Notes under the pieces: model-generated | What the model was told of the DNA's origin: nothing | Databases searched by the model: none | The model's input: only the letters and a program-made list of their open reading frames with translations | In this document: piece after piece, positions 35,189 to 44,385 of the stretch | Numbering within the stretch: the first letter of the stretch is position 1 | Layout of the letters: the number at the start of each line of letters is the position of its first letter | Assembly: GCA_944331955.1 (NCBI GenBank) | Contig: CALVIY010000003.1 | Coordinates: forward strand, 4,412-68,411 | DNA length: 64,000 bases | Source: an uncultured Bacilli bacterium | Lineage (GTDB): Bacteria; Bacillota_I; Bacilli_A; RF39; UBA660 | Direction: 5' to 3' | Position numbers and translations under genes: made by a program

Positions 35189-35962
35189 ATGACTAAAAAA
35201 ATTGATGAAATATTGCAGTTAACTATAGAAGAATTTGTTATTAAAGGATGCACTGAAGGATTAAAAACAAGAGATTACTTTAAGATTAAAAATACTTTAT
35301 TAAAGTATGAAGAATATGAGGACAATCAGTACTATAAAAAATTAAAACGTATTGTTAATGATAATTATTTCTTACAAGATTTATTTGATGAAGAATATAT
35401 TTATTATGTTATGCTTAACTCTAGTTTGTTGCCGTTTGTCCTTGTCAATAATACTCATGATGAAATAAAACTATATTCAAATGATAGTTTTATGTTCTTA
35501 TGTCAATTTCATACTGAAAAAACACCATCATTAGGAGTAACTAATCATGTGAATCTAATGTATTGTTTTGGTTGTGGTTATGGTGGTAATGTATTTGATT
35601 ACGTAAAAGACTATGAAAATATATCTTTTAAAGAAGCTTTAAGTTTAGTTGCCGAAGTATATAATCTAGAGAAAACAGGTATTAAAGTTAATAAAGATTT
35701 AGTAGATAAATATAAACGAAGTATTATGAGTGATAAATATTTAGAATTGATTGAACAAGGAATGAAAAGAATAATAGATAGAAGTAAAAAAGACATTAAT
35801 AAATACGGCTACGATGCCTATCGTGTCATAGAAGCTTATAATAAAAATTTAAATCAAATATATGCCGTAATGAATAATATAACTCCTGGCATACCTCCAG
35901 TATCTTATCCTAAAGAAAAAATATATACCAAAGCTCACTTAGATACTAGCTATTTAGAGTGA
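35189..35962 (+). CDS. stand-alone CHC2 (primase-type) zinc-finger protein
   Basis: CQFHTEKTPSLGV...CFGCGYGGNVFDYV matches the DnaG zinc-binding domain. There is no TOPRIM domain. TTGAAA-16-TATAAT promoter upstream. Confidence 0.65.
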   Translation: MTKKIDEILQLTIEEFVIKGCTEGLKTRDYFKIKNTLLKYEEYEDNQYYKKLKRIVNDNYFLQDLFDEEYIYYVMLNSSLLPFVLVNNTHDEIKLYSNDSFMFLCQFHTEKTPSLGVTNHVNLMYCFGCGYGGNVFDYVKDYENISFKEALSLVAEVYNLEKTGIKVNKDLVDKYKRSIMSDKYLELIEQGMKRIIDRSKKDINKYGYDAYRVIEAYNKNLNQIYAVMNNITPGIPPVSYPKEKIYTKAHLDTSYLE

Positions 35963-36015
35963 TATTGATTTACTACTAAAACAGTGTTATAATTAGTAAA
36001 CAAATTAAGAAAGGG

Positions 36016-37188
36016 GTGTTAGTCTTGTCTAAACATATAGTTGGTATTATCGCTGAATATAATCCTTTTCATAATGGGCATTTATATCATATAGAAAAGG
36101 TTAAAGAAATGTTTCCTAATAGTCCTATTATATTAGTACTTGGAGGAGAATTTACGCAAAGAGGAGATATTTCTATTTTAGATAAATGGGAAAAGACTGA
36201 AATTGCCATTAAAAATGGTATAGATTTAGTAGTAGAACTACCCTTTCCTTTCTCTTGTGCTTCTGCAGATATTTTTGCAAAAGGTTCTATTGATATTTTA
36301 AACTATTTAGGAGTTACTGATTTAGTCTTTGGTAGTGAATCTGATGATATAGAAGGTATAAAAAAACTAGTAGAAACTGAACTTTCTAATCCTGATTTTG
36401 ATAACCTAGTCCAAGTTTATTTAAGAATGGGCTATAACTACCCTACTTCTTTATCTAAAGCCTTAGAAGATATAACAGGAGATTGTTTTAAACTACCTAA
36501 TGATATTTTAGGTATAAGTTATGTTAAAATGATTTACTCTAATAATTATAAAATAACTCCTCATACTATTAAAAGAACTAATGATTATCATAGTAAAGAA
36601 TTAAATAATATGAGTATAAGCAGTGCAACTAGTATAAGAGAAGCTTTACTAAATAATAAAGACATTAAAGAAAGTGTACCTTCTATCACTTATAGTTATT
36701 TAAAAGATAAGAAAATACCTAAGTTAGATGATTATTTTAATCTCTTAAAGTATAAAATAATAAGTTGTAATGACTTAACTATCTATAATCTAGTAGATAG
36801 TGGTATTGCTACTAAACTAAAAAAAGAAATACATAATAGTTATAGTTTTGATGAACTTATTAATAAAGTTAAAAGTAAAAATCTAACCTACTCTAGACTT
36901 TCTAGGACTTTAATTTATATATTATGTGATTATACAAAGGTGCAAGCTAGGGAGTTTAAGGAAGTTGAATATATTAGATTATTAGGATTTTCTAATAAAG
37001 GAAGAGATTATTTAAATAAAGTAAAAAAAGATGTAGATATACCTATTATTAGTAAATTTACAAGAGAAAAAGATAAAATGTTAGAATATGAATACAAAAT
37101 CACAAAGATATATTCTTTAGTATTTGATAAAGATAAGGCTAAAAGCTTAATAGAAGCTGAATATAAGATGAAACCTATAAGGGAGTGA
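36016..37188 (+). CDS. tmcAL: tRNA(Met) cytidine acetate ligase (YlbM/UPF0348)
   Basis: GIIAEYNPFHNGHLYHI N-terminus. The start is possibly the TTG at 36025. TTGATT-17-TATAAT promoter at ~35966-35994. Confidence 0.8.
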   Translation: MLVLSKHIVGIIAEYNPFHNGHLYHIEKVKEMFPNSPIILVLGGEFTQRGDISILDKWEKTEIAIKNGIDLVVELPFPFSCASADIFAKGSIDILNYLGVTDLVFGSESDDIEGIKKLVETELSNPDFDNLVQVYLRMGYNYPTSLSKALEDITGDCFKLPNDILGISYVKMIYSNNYKITPHTIKRTNDYHSKELNNMSISSATSIREALLNNKDIKESVPSITYSYLKDKKIPKLDDYFNLLKYKIISCNDLTIYNLVDSGIATKLKKEIHNSYSFDELINKVKSKNLTYSRLSRTLIYILCDYTKVQAREFKEVEYIRLLGFSNKGRDYLNKVKKDVDIPIISKFTREKDKMLEYEYKITKIYSLVFDKDKAKSLIEAEYKMKPIRE

Positions 37189-37193
37189 TTGTT

Positions 37194-37883
37194 ATGGATA
37201 ATATGGTTAAAACAAAGAAACAAGGGCTTTTAATTGTTATTTCAGGGCCTTCTGGTTGTGGTAAGAATAGTATAATTAACGAATTATTAAAAATAAGAAA
37301 GAATACTTGGGTATCTATATCATGTACTAGTAGAGAACCAAGAGGTGAAGAGAAAAATGGTATTAACTATTATTTCTTGTCTAGAGAAGAGTTTGAAGAA
37401 GATATTAATAATGATGAGTTCTTAGAATATGCAGAATACTCTGGTAATTACTATGGTACTCCTAAAAAATATATTAAAGAACATTTAGATAAGGGTGAAG
37501 ATGTAATACTAGAAATAGAGATTCAAGGAGCTTTAAAGATTAAAGAAAAGTTAGATGAGACTGTCTTTATCTTTATAATGCCACCTACTATGAAGGAGTT
37601 AAAAAGACGTCTTATTAATAGAAAAACTGATAGTTTAGATAAAATAGAAAAAAGGTTTAAAAGAGCCTATGAAGAGATAAATGAAATACCTAAATATAAC
37701 TATGTAGTTGTTAATGATGATTTAGATAAAGCTGTTAAAAAGGTTGATGCTATATTAGAAGCGGAAAAGTGTAGAGTTGATAGAATTGAAGAAGTTTATC
37801 TAGATAGTAAAGAAGAGAAAATTCATGAAGCTTTACTTGATGATGTTAAAGACTTTGATAATTCTAAGATAGAAATAAAATAA
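37194..37883 (+). CDS. gmk: guanylate kinase
   Basis: P-loop ISGPSGCGKNS, followed by TSREPRGEE and YYGT. Confidence 0.92.
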   Translation: MDNMVKTKKQGLLIVISGPSGCGKNSIINELLKIRKNTWVSISCTSREPRGEEKNGINYYFLSREEFEEDINNDEFLEYAEYSGNYYGTPKKYIKEHLDKGEDVILEIEIQGALKIKEKLDETVFIFIMPPTMKELKRRLINRKTDSLDKIEKRFKRAYEEINEIPKYNYVVVNDDLDKAVKKVDAILEAEKCRVDRIEEVYLDSKEEKIHEALLDDVKDFDNSKIEIK

Positions 37884-37919
37884 GAGATGATATTTGTTTA
37901 TTAATCATCTCTTTTTGTA

Positions 37920-38654
37920 TTAATTTTTTATACAAAAACTTTTTCCTTCATCACATATCTCTTTAATTAAACCATCTTTTATTAAATAGGATTTTCCATA
38001 AACAGTAATAGTTCCACCAACTTCTAGTATATGAGATCCATCACATAAAGCATAAATTGTTCTTTTTTTAGACTCGTTTATTATATGATTTCTTTGATAT
38101 AATTGCATTTCATCAAAATCTTTAGTATCTAAAACAAAATGTGGTTCAATATTAATATTACTTAATCCTAATCCCTCAAAATAAATAGGTTCAGAATTTT
38201 CTCCTTCTTCTGGACTATTATAAACGGAATTAGCCATATTTATAGAACCAGCACTTTGACCAATAATAATGCCATTATAATTATGTAACAATTCTTTTAA
38301 TTTTATTTCTTCAAAGAATTTATTCTCTATAAAAGTGTCTCCACCACTTAAAAAGATAACATTAACTTTACTTATATATTCACTTGCTTTATCTTTTGTT
38401 CTATTATCTAGAACTAAATAGTCAGAAAAGGTAATATTAGATAGTTTAAAAGCTTCAAATATCAATGATGAATAACTATCTATTTTTTCATAGTCATTTG
38501 GATCTGATGCTATGTATAATATTGAATGATTCTTATTTATTAATTTTTTAATTTGATCTACTATTCCATTAGTATTATCTATTTCTTTAGGTAACTTCAT
38601 GTCATTATCTTTATAATAATGTTTTGTATTACTAGTAAAAAATAACTTTTTCAT
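37920..38654 (-). CDS. peptidase S51 (dipeptidase E-like)
   Basis: FLSGGDTF and GQSAGS motifs. Confidence 0.7.
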   Translation of the reverse strand: MKKLFFTSNTKHYYKDNDMKLPKEIDNTNGIVDQIKKLINKNHSILYIASDPNDYEKIDSYSSLIFEAFKLSNITFSDYLVLDNRTKDKASEYISKVNVIFLSGGDTFIENKFFEEIKLKELLHNYNGIIIGQSAGSINMANSVYNSPEEGENSEPIYFEGLGLSNINIEPHFVLDTKDFDEMQLYQRNHIINESKKRTIYALCDGSHILEVGGTITVYGKSYLIKDGLIKEICDEGKSFCIKN

Positions 38655-38728
38655 AGCGGCCTCCTCATATTTATTATAATTATATAATTCTTATAAAGGA
38701 AAAGCAAGGAATAAATCCTCGCTTATTT

Positions 38729-40138
38729 TTATATTTCTTCAATCTTCATTAAGTTAGTAATTCTCTTAGTTTCAGTGTTAGGAAATCCTCCAGTAATTAC
38801 GATTAAATCTCCTTCATTAAGTTCCATAAACTCTTTAGCTTTCTCAACACTCTTAGTTAATACTTCATCAGTTGTATCTAAGAATGGTAATGTATCTGCA
38901 TAAACACCCCAGTTTAAAGCTAAACGTCTACCAGTCTTCTCATCAGTACATAAAGCAAGTATTGGAGCATCTGGTTTTAAATTACTAATAACTCTTGCAG
39001 TTCTACCACTAATTGTAGCGGCACAAATTAATTTAGCACCTAAAGCATCTGTACTAAGTACAACATTAGAAGCAATAGATTTAGTAATATTATCTAAGCT
39101 TTCAATATCAAAAGCATAATCAAAACTTGCATATTTTTCTGTAGTTTCACAAATATTAGCCATAGCAGCAACTGTTTCTATTGGATGCTTTCCTACAGTA
39201 GTTTCACCACTTAACATAACAGCATCAGTACCATCTAATACTGCATTAGCAATATCACTAGTTTCTGCTCTTTTTGGACGAATATTATCCATCATTGTCT
39301 CTAACATTTCAGTAGCAACAATAGATATTTTTCCAAGTCTTCTGCAAGTATTAATCATTTGTTTTTGATAGATTGGAACCATTTCACTAGGTACTTCAGT
39401 ACCAAGATCACCACGTGCTACCATAACACCATCACTAACACTTAAAATATCTTCTAAGTTTTCAATACCTAAAGCACTTTCAATCTTACAGATAATTTGT
39501 AAGTCTTCTCTATTATGTTCTTTTAAGATTTCTTTAACTTCTAAAACATCTTCTTTGCTAGATACAAAAGATAAAGCAAGGAATTCTCCACCATGTTCAC
39601 AAGCATAAATGATATCTTCACGATCAACATCACTTATATATGGAATATTAAGTTTAATACCAGGAACGCTCATACTCTTACGATTTCCTAATACTCCTCC
39701 ACTAATAATCTTACATGTAACTCTATCCTCATACTTGTGGGTAACTTCAAGTTTCATCTTAGCATTCTCTAATAAGATAATATCACCAACATTAAGAGAA
39801 TCAATTGCACTTGGATGATTAACAGAAAATCTTTCTTTAGTACCAGTAACAGTTTCTTTAACTATATCAATAGTCTCTCCTCTTACAAGTTCAATAGAAT
39901 CATTTTCCATAATTCCACATCTAAACTCTGGACCTTTAGTATCCCAAAGAATAGCTACATTCATACCAGTTCTTTTTCTAACTTCACGAACTGATGCACA
40001 AGCTTTTTTCCTTTCTTCTATAGTAGCATGAGAAAAGTTAATTCTTGCTACATTCATTCCTGCTAATACCATTTTTTCCATTACATCTACTTCATTACTA
40101 GCAGGACCTATACTACAAACTATTTTTGTCTTCTTCAT
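38729..40138 (-). CDS. pyk: pyruvate kinase
   Basis: TKIVCSIGPA, MNVARINFSH, MVARGDLG and GETTVGK motifs. Own TGcTATAAT -10 at 40172-40180 on the minus strand. Confidence 0.95.
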   Translation of the reverse strand: MKKTKIVCSIGPASNEVDVMEKMVLAGMNVARINFSHATIEERKKACASVREVRKRTGMNVAILWDTKGPEFRCGIMENDSIELVRGETIDIVKETVTGTKERFSVNHPSAIDSLNVGDIILLENAKMKLEVTHKYEDRVTCKIISGGVLGNRKSMSVPGIKLNIPYISDVDREDIIYACEHGGEFLALSFVSSKEDVLEVKEILKEHNREDLQIICKIESALGIENLEDILSVSDGVMVARGDLGTEVPSEMVPIYQKQMINTCRRLGKISIVATEMLETMMDNIRPKRAETSDIANAVLDGTDAVMLSGETTVGKHPIETVAAMANICETTEKYASFDYAFDIESLDNITKSIASNVVLSTDALGAKLICAATISGRTARVISNLKPDAPILALCTDEKTGRRLALNWGVYADTLPFLDTTDEVLTKSVEKAKEFMELNEGDLIVITGGFPNTETKRITNLMKIEEI

Positions 40139-40337
40139 TTTTTACTTCACTCCTTCTAATCAAGCTATATAATTATAGCATAGTTTGATTAAAATTAAAA
40201 GAGTATTTTTCTTAAATCACATTACGAAAATCCGTAACTAATTTATTACATTTCTCTTACTATACATAAATCAATATGATACTATTTATATAGAGAACAT
40301 TTGATGGTTGGGTGGGCCTCAGAAAGGAGGCTAATAT

Positions 40338-40430
40338 ATGAACAAGAAAGATTGCTTAATTTCTTCCTTAATCATCATATTATTTCTTCAAAATCTCATA
40401 CTTTTATTCATGATACTTGCTTTAATATAG
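40338..40430 (+). CDS. candidate type I toxin: 30-aa hydrophobic peptide, below ORF-track cut-off
   Basis: MNKKDCLISSLIIILFLQNLILLFMILALI. AAAGGAGG SD 7 nt upstream, sequesterable by GCCTC/GAGGC. TGaTACTAT -10 at 40277-40285. Long 5'-3' fold-back pairing (40293-40320 with 40488-40523). Confidence 0.6.
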   Translation: MNKKDCLISSLIIILFLQNLILLFMILALI

Positions 40431-40551
40431 AAGAAACCACCTAGCTCAGCAATGATTTAGGTGGTTCTTAACATAATTTTATTATTCGAGGCCACTCAAC
40501 ATGCCATTATTAAGTGTTCTCTCTTTTTTAGTTTATGTAAATTCCTTTTAC
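40428..40551 (-). ncRNA. candidate antisense antitoxin sRNA (sRNA1)
   Basis: Near-consensus minus-strand promoter: TTGACA (40586-81), 17-nt spacer with TG, TACTAT (40563-58). 5' hairpin ATGTAAA/TTTACAT. Ends at the shared hairpin 40434-40468 followed by a T-rich run. Homologous promoter and RNA at 52809-52963. Confidence 0.6.
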
Positions 40552-40590
40552 ATATTCATAGTATCATAAATATTAACTTTTGTCAAAAAA

Positions 40591-41409
40591 TTATTTTTGA
40601 CATTTAGGACAATAGTAAGTTCCTCTTCCGCCTACTTTAGTAACAATAAGTTTCTCTCCACAATTAGGACAAATACCATCTTTTTTACCGTGAACAGATA
40701 GTTCATTTTGAAATAAGCCATGTACTCCTTCTGCAGATGTAAAACTTTTAATAGTAGTTCCACCCATAGTAACAGCTTTATCAAGTATTATTTTTGTATT
40801 TTTAATGATAGCATCCGCTTCCTCTATACTAATACTATCTGCTTTCCTTAAAGGATTAATATGACTTGCAAAAAGTATCTCATCATCATAAATATTACCA
40901 ATACCAGTAATAATAGATTGATCAAGTAAAGCTGTTTTAATAGGCACTTTCTTCATTCTTAAAGCTTCTAATAAATAATTAGGGGTTAAACTCTTATCAT
41001 AATACTCCAATCCTAAAAGAGAAAGTGGCTTTAAATTATAAACTTCTTCTTTTGGTAAGCAAGACATTTTCCCAAACTTTCTAACATCATTAAATCTCAT
41101 ATCAGTATTATCATCAAAAGTAATAATAACATGTTCATGCTTTTCTTTAGGTACACTAGGATTTCTAAAAAAGAACTTTCCTTCCATCCTTAAATGACAT
41201 ATTAAAGCTTTAGTAGTAAGAAATATTACTATCCATTTACCTCTTGTAGTAATAGACTCTATCTCTTCACCAACTAAATCCTTCTTAAACTTATCTATAT
41301 CACCAATAATTATATTATCCCAGTACACATCTACTTTCTTAATAGTTTTACCTATAATAATATGTTCTAATGTCTTACTAACTGTAATTACTTCTGGTTT
41401 TTCAGGCAT
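40591..41409 (-). CDS. mutM: formamidopyrimidine-DNA glycosylase
   Basis: N-terminal MPEKPEV. C-terminal zinc finger CPNCG...CPKCQ. Confidence 0.92.
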   Translation of the reverse strand: MPEKPEVITVSKTLEHIIIGKTIKKVDVYWDNIIIGDIDKFKKDLVGEEIESITTRGKWIVIFLTTKALICHLRMEGKFFFRNPSVPKEKHEHVIITFDDNTDMRFNDVRKFGKMSCLPKEEVYNLKPLSLLGLEYYDKSLTPNYLLEALRMKKVPIKTALLDQSIITGIGNIYDDEILFASHINPLRKADSISIEEADAIIKNTKIILDKAVTMGGTTIKSFTSAEGVHGLFQNELSVHGKKDGICPNCGEKLIVTKVGGRGTYYCPKCQK

Positions 41410-41423
41410 ATTATCACTCCTTA

Positions 41424-44048
41424 CTACTTAGCTTCATACCAATCATTACCTATTTCAATATCCACTTTTAAAGGAACATCCAACTTAATAACATTTTCCA
41501 TATTATCTCTAACTAACTCTTTAACTTCATCTAACTCATCTTTATAAACATTTAAAACAAGTTCATCGTGTACTTGAATAAGTATTTTACTCTTTAAGTT
41601 CCTTTTAGTCATCTCACCATATAAATCTACCATCGCTTTTTTAAGAATATCAGCAGCACTACCTTGAATAGGAGTATTAAGAGCCATTCTCTCTCCTCCA
41701 CTTCTTACCATATAGTTACTACTCTTTAACTCATTAATAATTCTTCTTCTATTCATAATAGTAGTAACATATCCATTCTTATAAGCTTCCTTCTTTTCTT
41801 TATCCATATACTCTTTAATACCAGGATAAGTCTCTAAATAATTATCAATAAACTTCTTAGCACTACCTACATCTATCTTTAAATCTTCAGATAGACCAAA
41901 ACTACTAATACCATAAAGAATACCAAAATTAACCGCTTTAGCAGTTCTTCTCATAGATCTATCTACATCTTTAATATCTACTTTAAAGATATCACTAGCA
42001 GTCTTAGCATGAATATCTTTATCTTCCTTAAAAGCTTCTATTAAATTAGATGCTTTTGAAAGTGATGCAAAGACTCTTAACTCTATTTGAGAATAATCAG
42101 AACTCATAATAATAGAATTTTCTTCAGGTATAAAAGCTTTTCTAATTAATCTTGAATAATCACTTCTAATAGGAATATTTTGTAAATTAGGCTCATTAGA
42201 TGAAAGTCTTCCTGTCTTTGTTAAACATTGATTAAATACAGTATGAATCTTACCATCTTCTTTAATCTTTTCAAGTATTCCTACTACATAATTAGCATAA
42301 AGCTTTGTAAGCATTCTATATTCTAATACTTTATTTACTATTACATGTTTATCTGCAATTTTATCTAAAATATCTCTACTAGTAGAATAACCCTTACTAT
42401 CTTTCTTTAACTTTTTAGGATAAGTAATACCTAACTTATCAAACAGAATTTCTCCAAGTTGTTTAGGAGAACTAATATTAAACTCACATCCAGCATCATT
42501 ATAAATGTCTTTTTCCATATCTTTTATTTTAACTTCTAATTCATCTTTAAGTTTTAATAAGTAATCTCTATCTACTCTAATACCAGTTAACTCAATATCT
42601 GTTAAAACGAAAGCAAGAGGCATCTCTACTTCACTAAACAATAATGTTTCTCCAAACTCATCTATTGTTAATAAGAAATCACTCTTAGTTTTATAAACAA
42701 AACTACTTTTTATATTACACTGTTCTATAGTTTCATCTAACTCTACATTCTTTCTTCTTTTTAATGTTCCATAAGTATCTTCAAAAGATTTAATAGGATA
42801 ACCCCAATCATTTATTAAAGTAGTAATATCATCATTCATTTTATAATCTAAAAGATATGATGCAATCATAGAATCATAGTTACAATTATTTAATTTTATA
42901 CCTAATTTATTTAATAAAATAAAGCATTTCTTAACATCATAAGTAGACTTAGGAGTATCATTTTCAAAAAGTTCTCTATAAGTAATAACATCTTCTCCCT
43001 TTATAAAACATGTACCACTTTCGTTTGTAAAACTAACTCCCACAATAATAGAATCATTATAATTATAGCCATCCATTTCTATATAAAAGGAATATTCTTT
43101 ACTACTATCAAAGTCTTTTATATCTATTTTTTTTACTTCTATAGTTTTATTATCTTTATCATCATCATTTGTATTATTAAAATCAATTGTATTAATTTTC
43201 TTTAATAATGATTTAAACTCTAACTCTTCTAAAATTTTGATATATTGTTCTCTATTAAATCCCATATATTTACAATCTTCTAAACTAAAAGGTATATCTA
43301 CATCTCTATATATAGTTGCAAGATCATAACTCATATAAGCATTATCTTTATCATTTATTAACTTTTCTTTAGTCTTAGGAGTAAGTTCATCAACATGCTC
43401 ATATAAATTATCTAAAGTCTTATATTTTTCTAATAAATTGATAGCAGTTCTCTCACCAATCCCTCTAACTCCAGGTATATGGTCAGAGGCATCCCCCATC
43501 AAAGCTTTAAGGTCAATCATATTAATTGGTTCTACTTTATAAGTATTTTTAAAGACATTTCTAGTAAATCTAATAGAACCTTTAGTCTTAAGTAGTTTAA
43601 CATCAACTTCATCACTAATTAACTGAAGTAGGTCTTTATCACTAGAAATAATTGTAGCGATAAACTCATCTTCTAAATCAACTTCTTTAGCAAGAGTTCC
43701 AATTATATCATCTGCTTCATAATTATCAATTTCAAAATGTTTAATTCCCATCGCATCAAGTACTTCTTTAGCTTTAGGAAACTGAAGTCTTAAATCATCA
43801 GGCATTTCCCTACGTCCTGCTTTATAAGAATCATATTTTTCATGTCTAAAGGTCTTCCCTTTATCAAAGGCTACCATAATATAACTAGGTTTTTCTTCTT
43901 CAATAATTTTATTCATCATATTAATAAAACCATATAAGCCATTAGTAGGAAAGCCTTTAGAATTTCTCATGATAACACCACTATAACTAGTAGCATAGTA
44001 ACTTCTAAATAAAAGATTATTTCCATCAACTAATATTATTTTTTTCAT
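41424..44048 (-). CDS. polA: DNA polymerase I
   Basis: 5' nuclease N-terminus. Pol A motifs DYSQIELRV, RRTAKAVNFGILYG and QVHDELV. Confidence 0.97.
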   Translation of the reverse strand: MKKIILVDGNNLLFRSYYATSYSGVIMRNSKGFPTNGLYGFINMMNKIIEEEKPSYIMVAFDKGKTFRHEKYDSYKAGRREMPDDLRLQFPKAKEVLDAMGIKHFEIDNYEADDIIGTLAKEVDLEDEFIATIISSDKDLLQLISDEVDVKLLKTKGSIRFTRNVFKNTYKVEPINMIDLKALMGDASDHIPGVRGIGERTAINLLEKYKTLDNLYEHVDELTPKTKEKLINDKDNAYMSYDLATIYRDVDIPFSLEDCKYMGFNREQYIKILEELEFKSLLKKINTIDFNNTNDDDKDNKTIEVKKIDIKDFDSSKEYSFYIEMDGYNYNDSIIVGVSFTNESGTCFIKGEDVITYRELFENDTPKSTYDVKKCFILLNKLGIKLNNCNYDSMIASYLLDYKMNDDITTLINDWGYPIKSFEDTYGTLKRRKNVELDETIEQCNIKSSFVYKTKSDFLLTIDEFGETLLFSEVEMPLAFVLTDIELTGIRVDRDYLLKLKDELEVKIKDMEKDIYNDAGCEFNISSPKQLGEILFDKLGITYPKKLKKDSKGYSTSRDILDKIADKHVIVNKVLEYRMLTKLYANYVVGILEKIKEDGKIHTVFNQCLTKTGRLSSNEPNLQNIPIRSDYSRLIRKAFIPEENSIIMSSDYSQIELRVFASLSKASNLIEAFKEDKDIHAKTASDIFKVDIKDVDRSMRRTAKAVNFGILYGISSFGLSEDLKIDVGSAKKFIDNYLETYPGIKEYMDKEKKEAYKNGYVTTIMNRRRIINELKSSNYMVRSGGERMALNTPIQGSAADILKKAMVDLYGEMTKRNLKSKILIQVHDELVLNVYKDELDEVKELVRDNMENVIKLDVPLKVDIEIGNDWYEAK

Positions 44049-44103
44049 ATCTAACCACTCTTTCTTTATTTATTGTAACACACTACTAGTAAGTTTTAAA
44101 AAT

Positions 44104-44262
44104 TTATTTTAAATTTAGTGCAACATTACTATTAATAATCTCTTTCTCATTACTTTCAAGTTCATTAACTCTATCACACATAAATAAAGTAAGGATAACA
44201 GCCATCATATAGATAAGACTAACTCCTACAGCAGTTTTTAAAATATTTTTTAGATTTAACAT
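44104..44262 (-). CDS. SOS-box-controlled small membrane peptide (52 aa), below ORF-track cut-off; YneA/SosA-like by context
   Basis: GGAGTG SD. MLNLKNILKTAVGVSLIYMMAVILTLFMCDRVNELESNEKEIINSNVALNLK. Divergent from lexA. Its TTGACA-17-TAAAAT promoter has a Cheo-like box in the spacer. Confidence 0.55.
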   Translation of the reverse strand: MLNLKNILKTAVGVSLIYMMAVILTLFMCDRVNELESNEKEIINSNVALNLK

Positions 44263-44296
44263 ATTATCACTCCTTCTTTCTGATATTATTTTATAT

Positions 44297-44310
44297 CGAA
44301 CAGTTGTTTA
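44297..44310. promoter_or_regulatory. LexA (Cheo-type) box 1
   Basis: CGAACAGTTGTTTA versus the consensus CGAACnnnnGTTCG. Lies within the spacer of the minus-strand promoter. Confidence 0.6.
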
Positions 44311-44324
44311 TGTCAATTATTTTT

Positions 44325-44338
44325 CGAAGATTTGTTTG
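44325..44338. promoter_or_regulatory. LexA (Cheo-type) box 2
   Basis: CGAAGATTTGTTTG. Overlaps the -35 (TTGACA 44336-41) of the lexA promoter, whose -10 TAAAAT is at 44359-64. Confidence 0.6.
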
Positions 44339-44385
44339 ACATTTTACACCTATTATGCTAAAATAGTTACAAACAAAGGAAGGAA

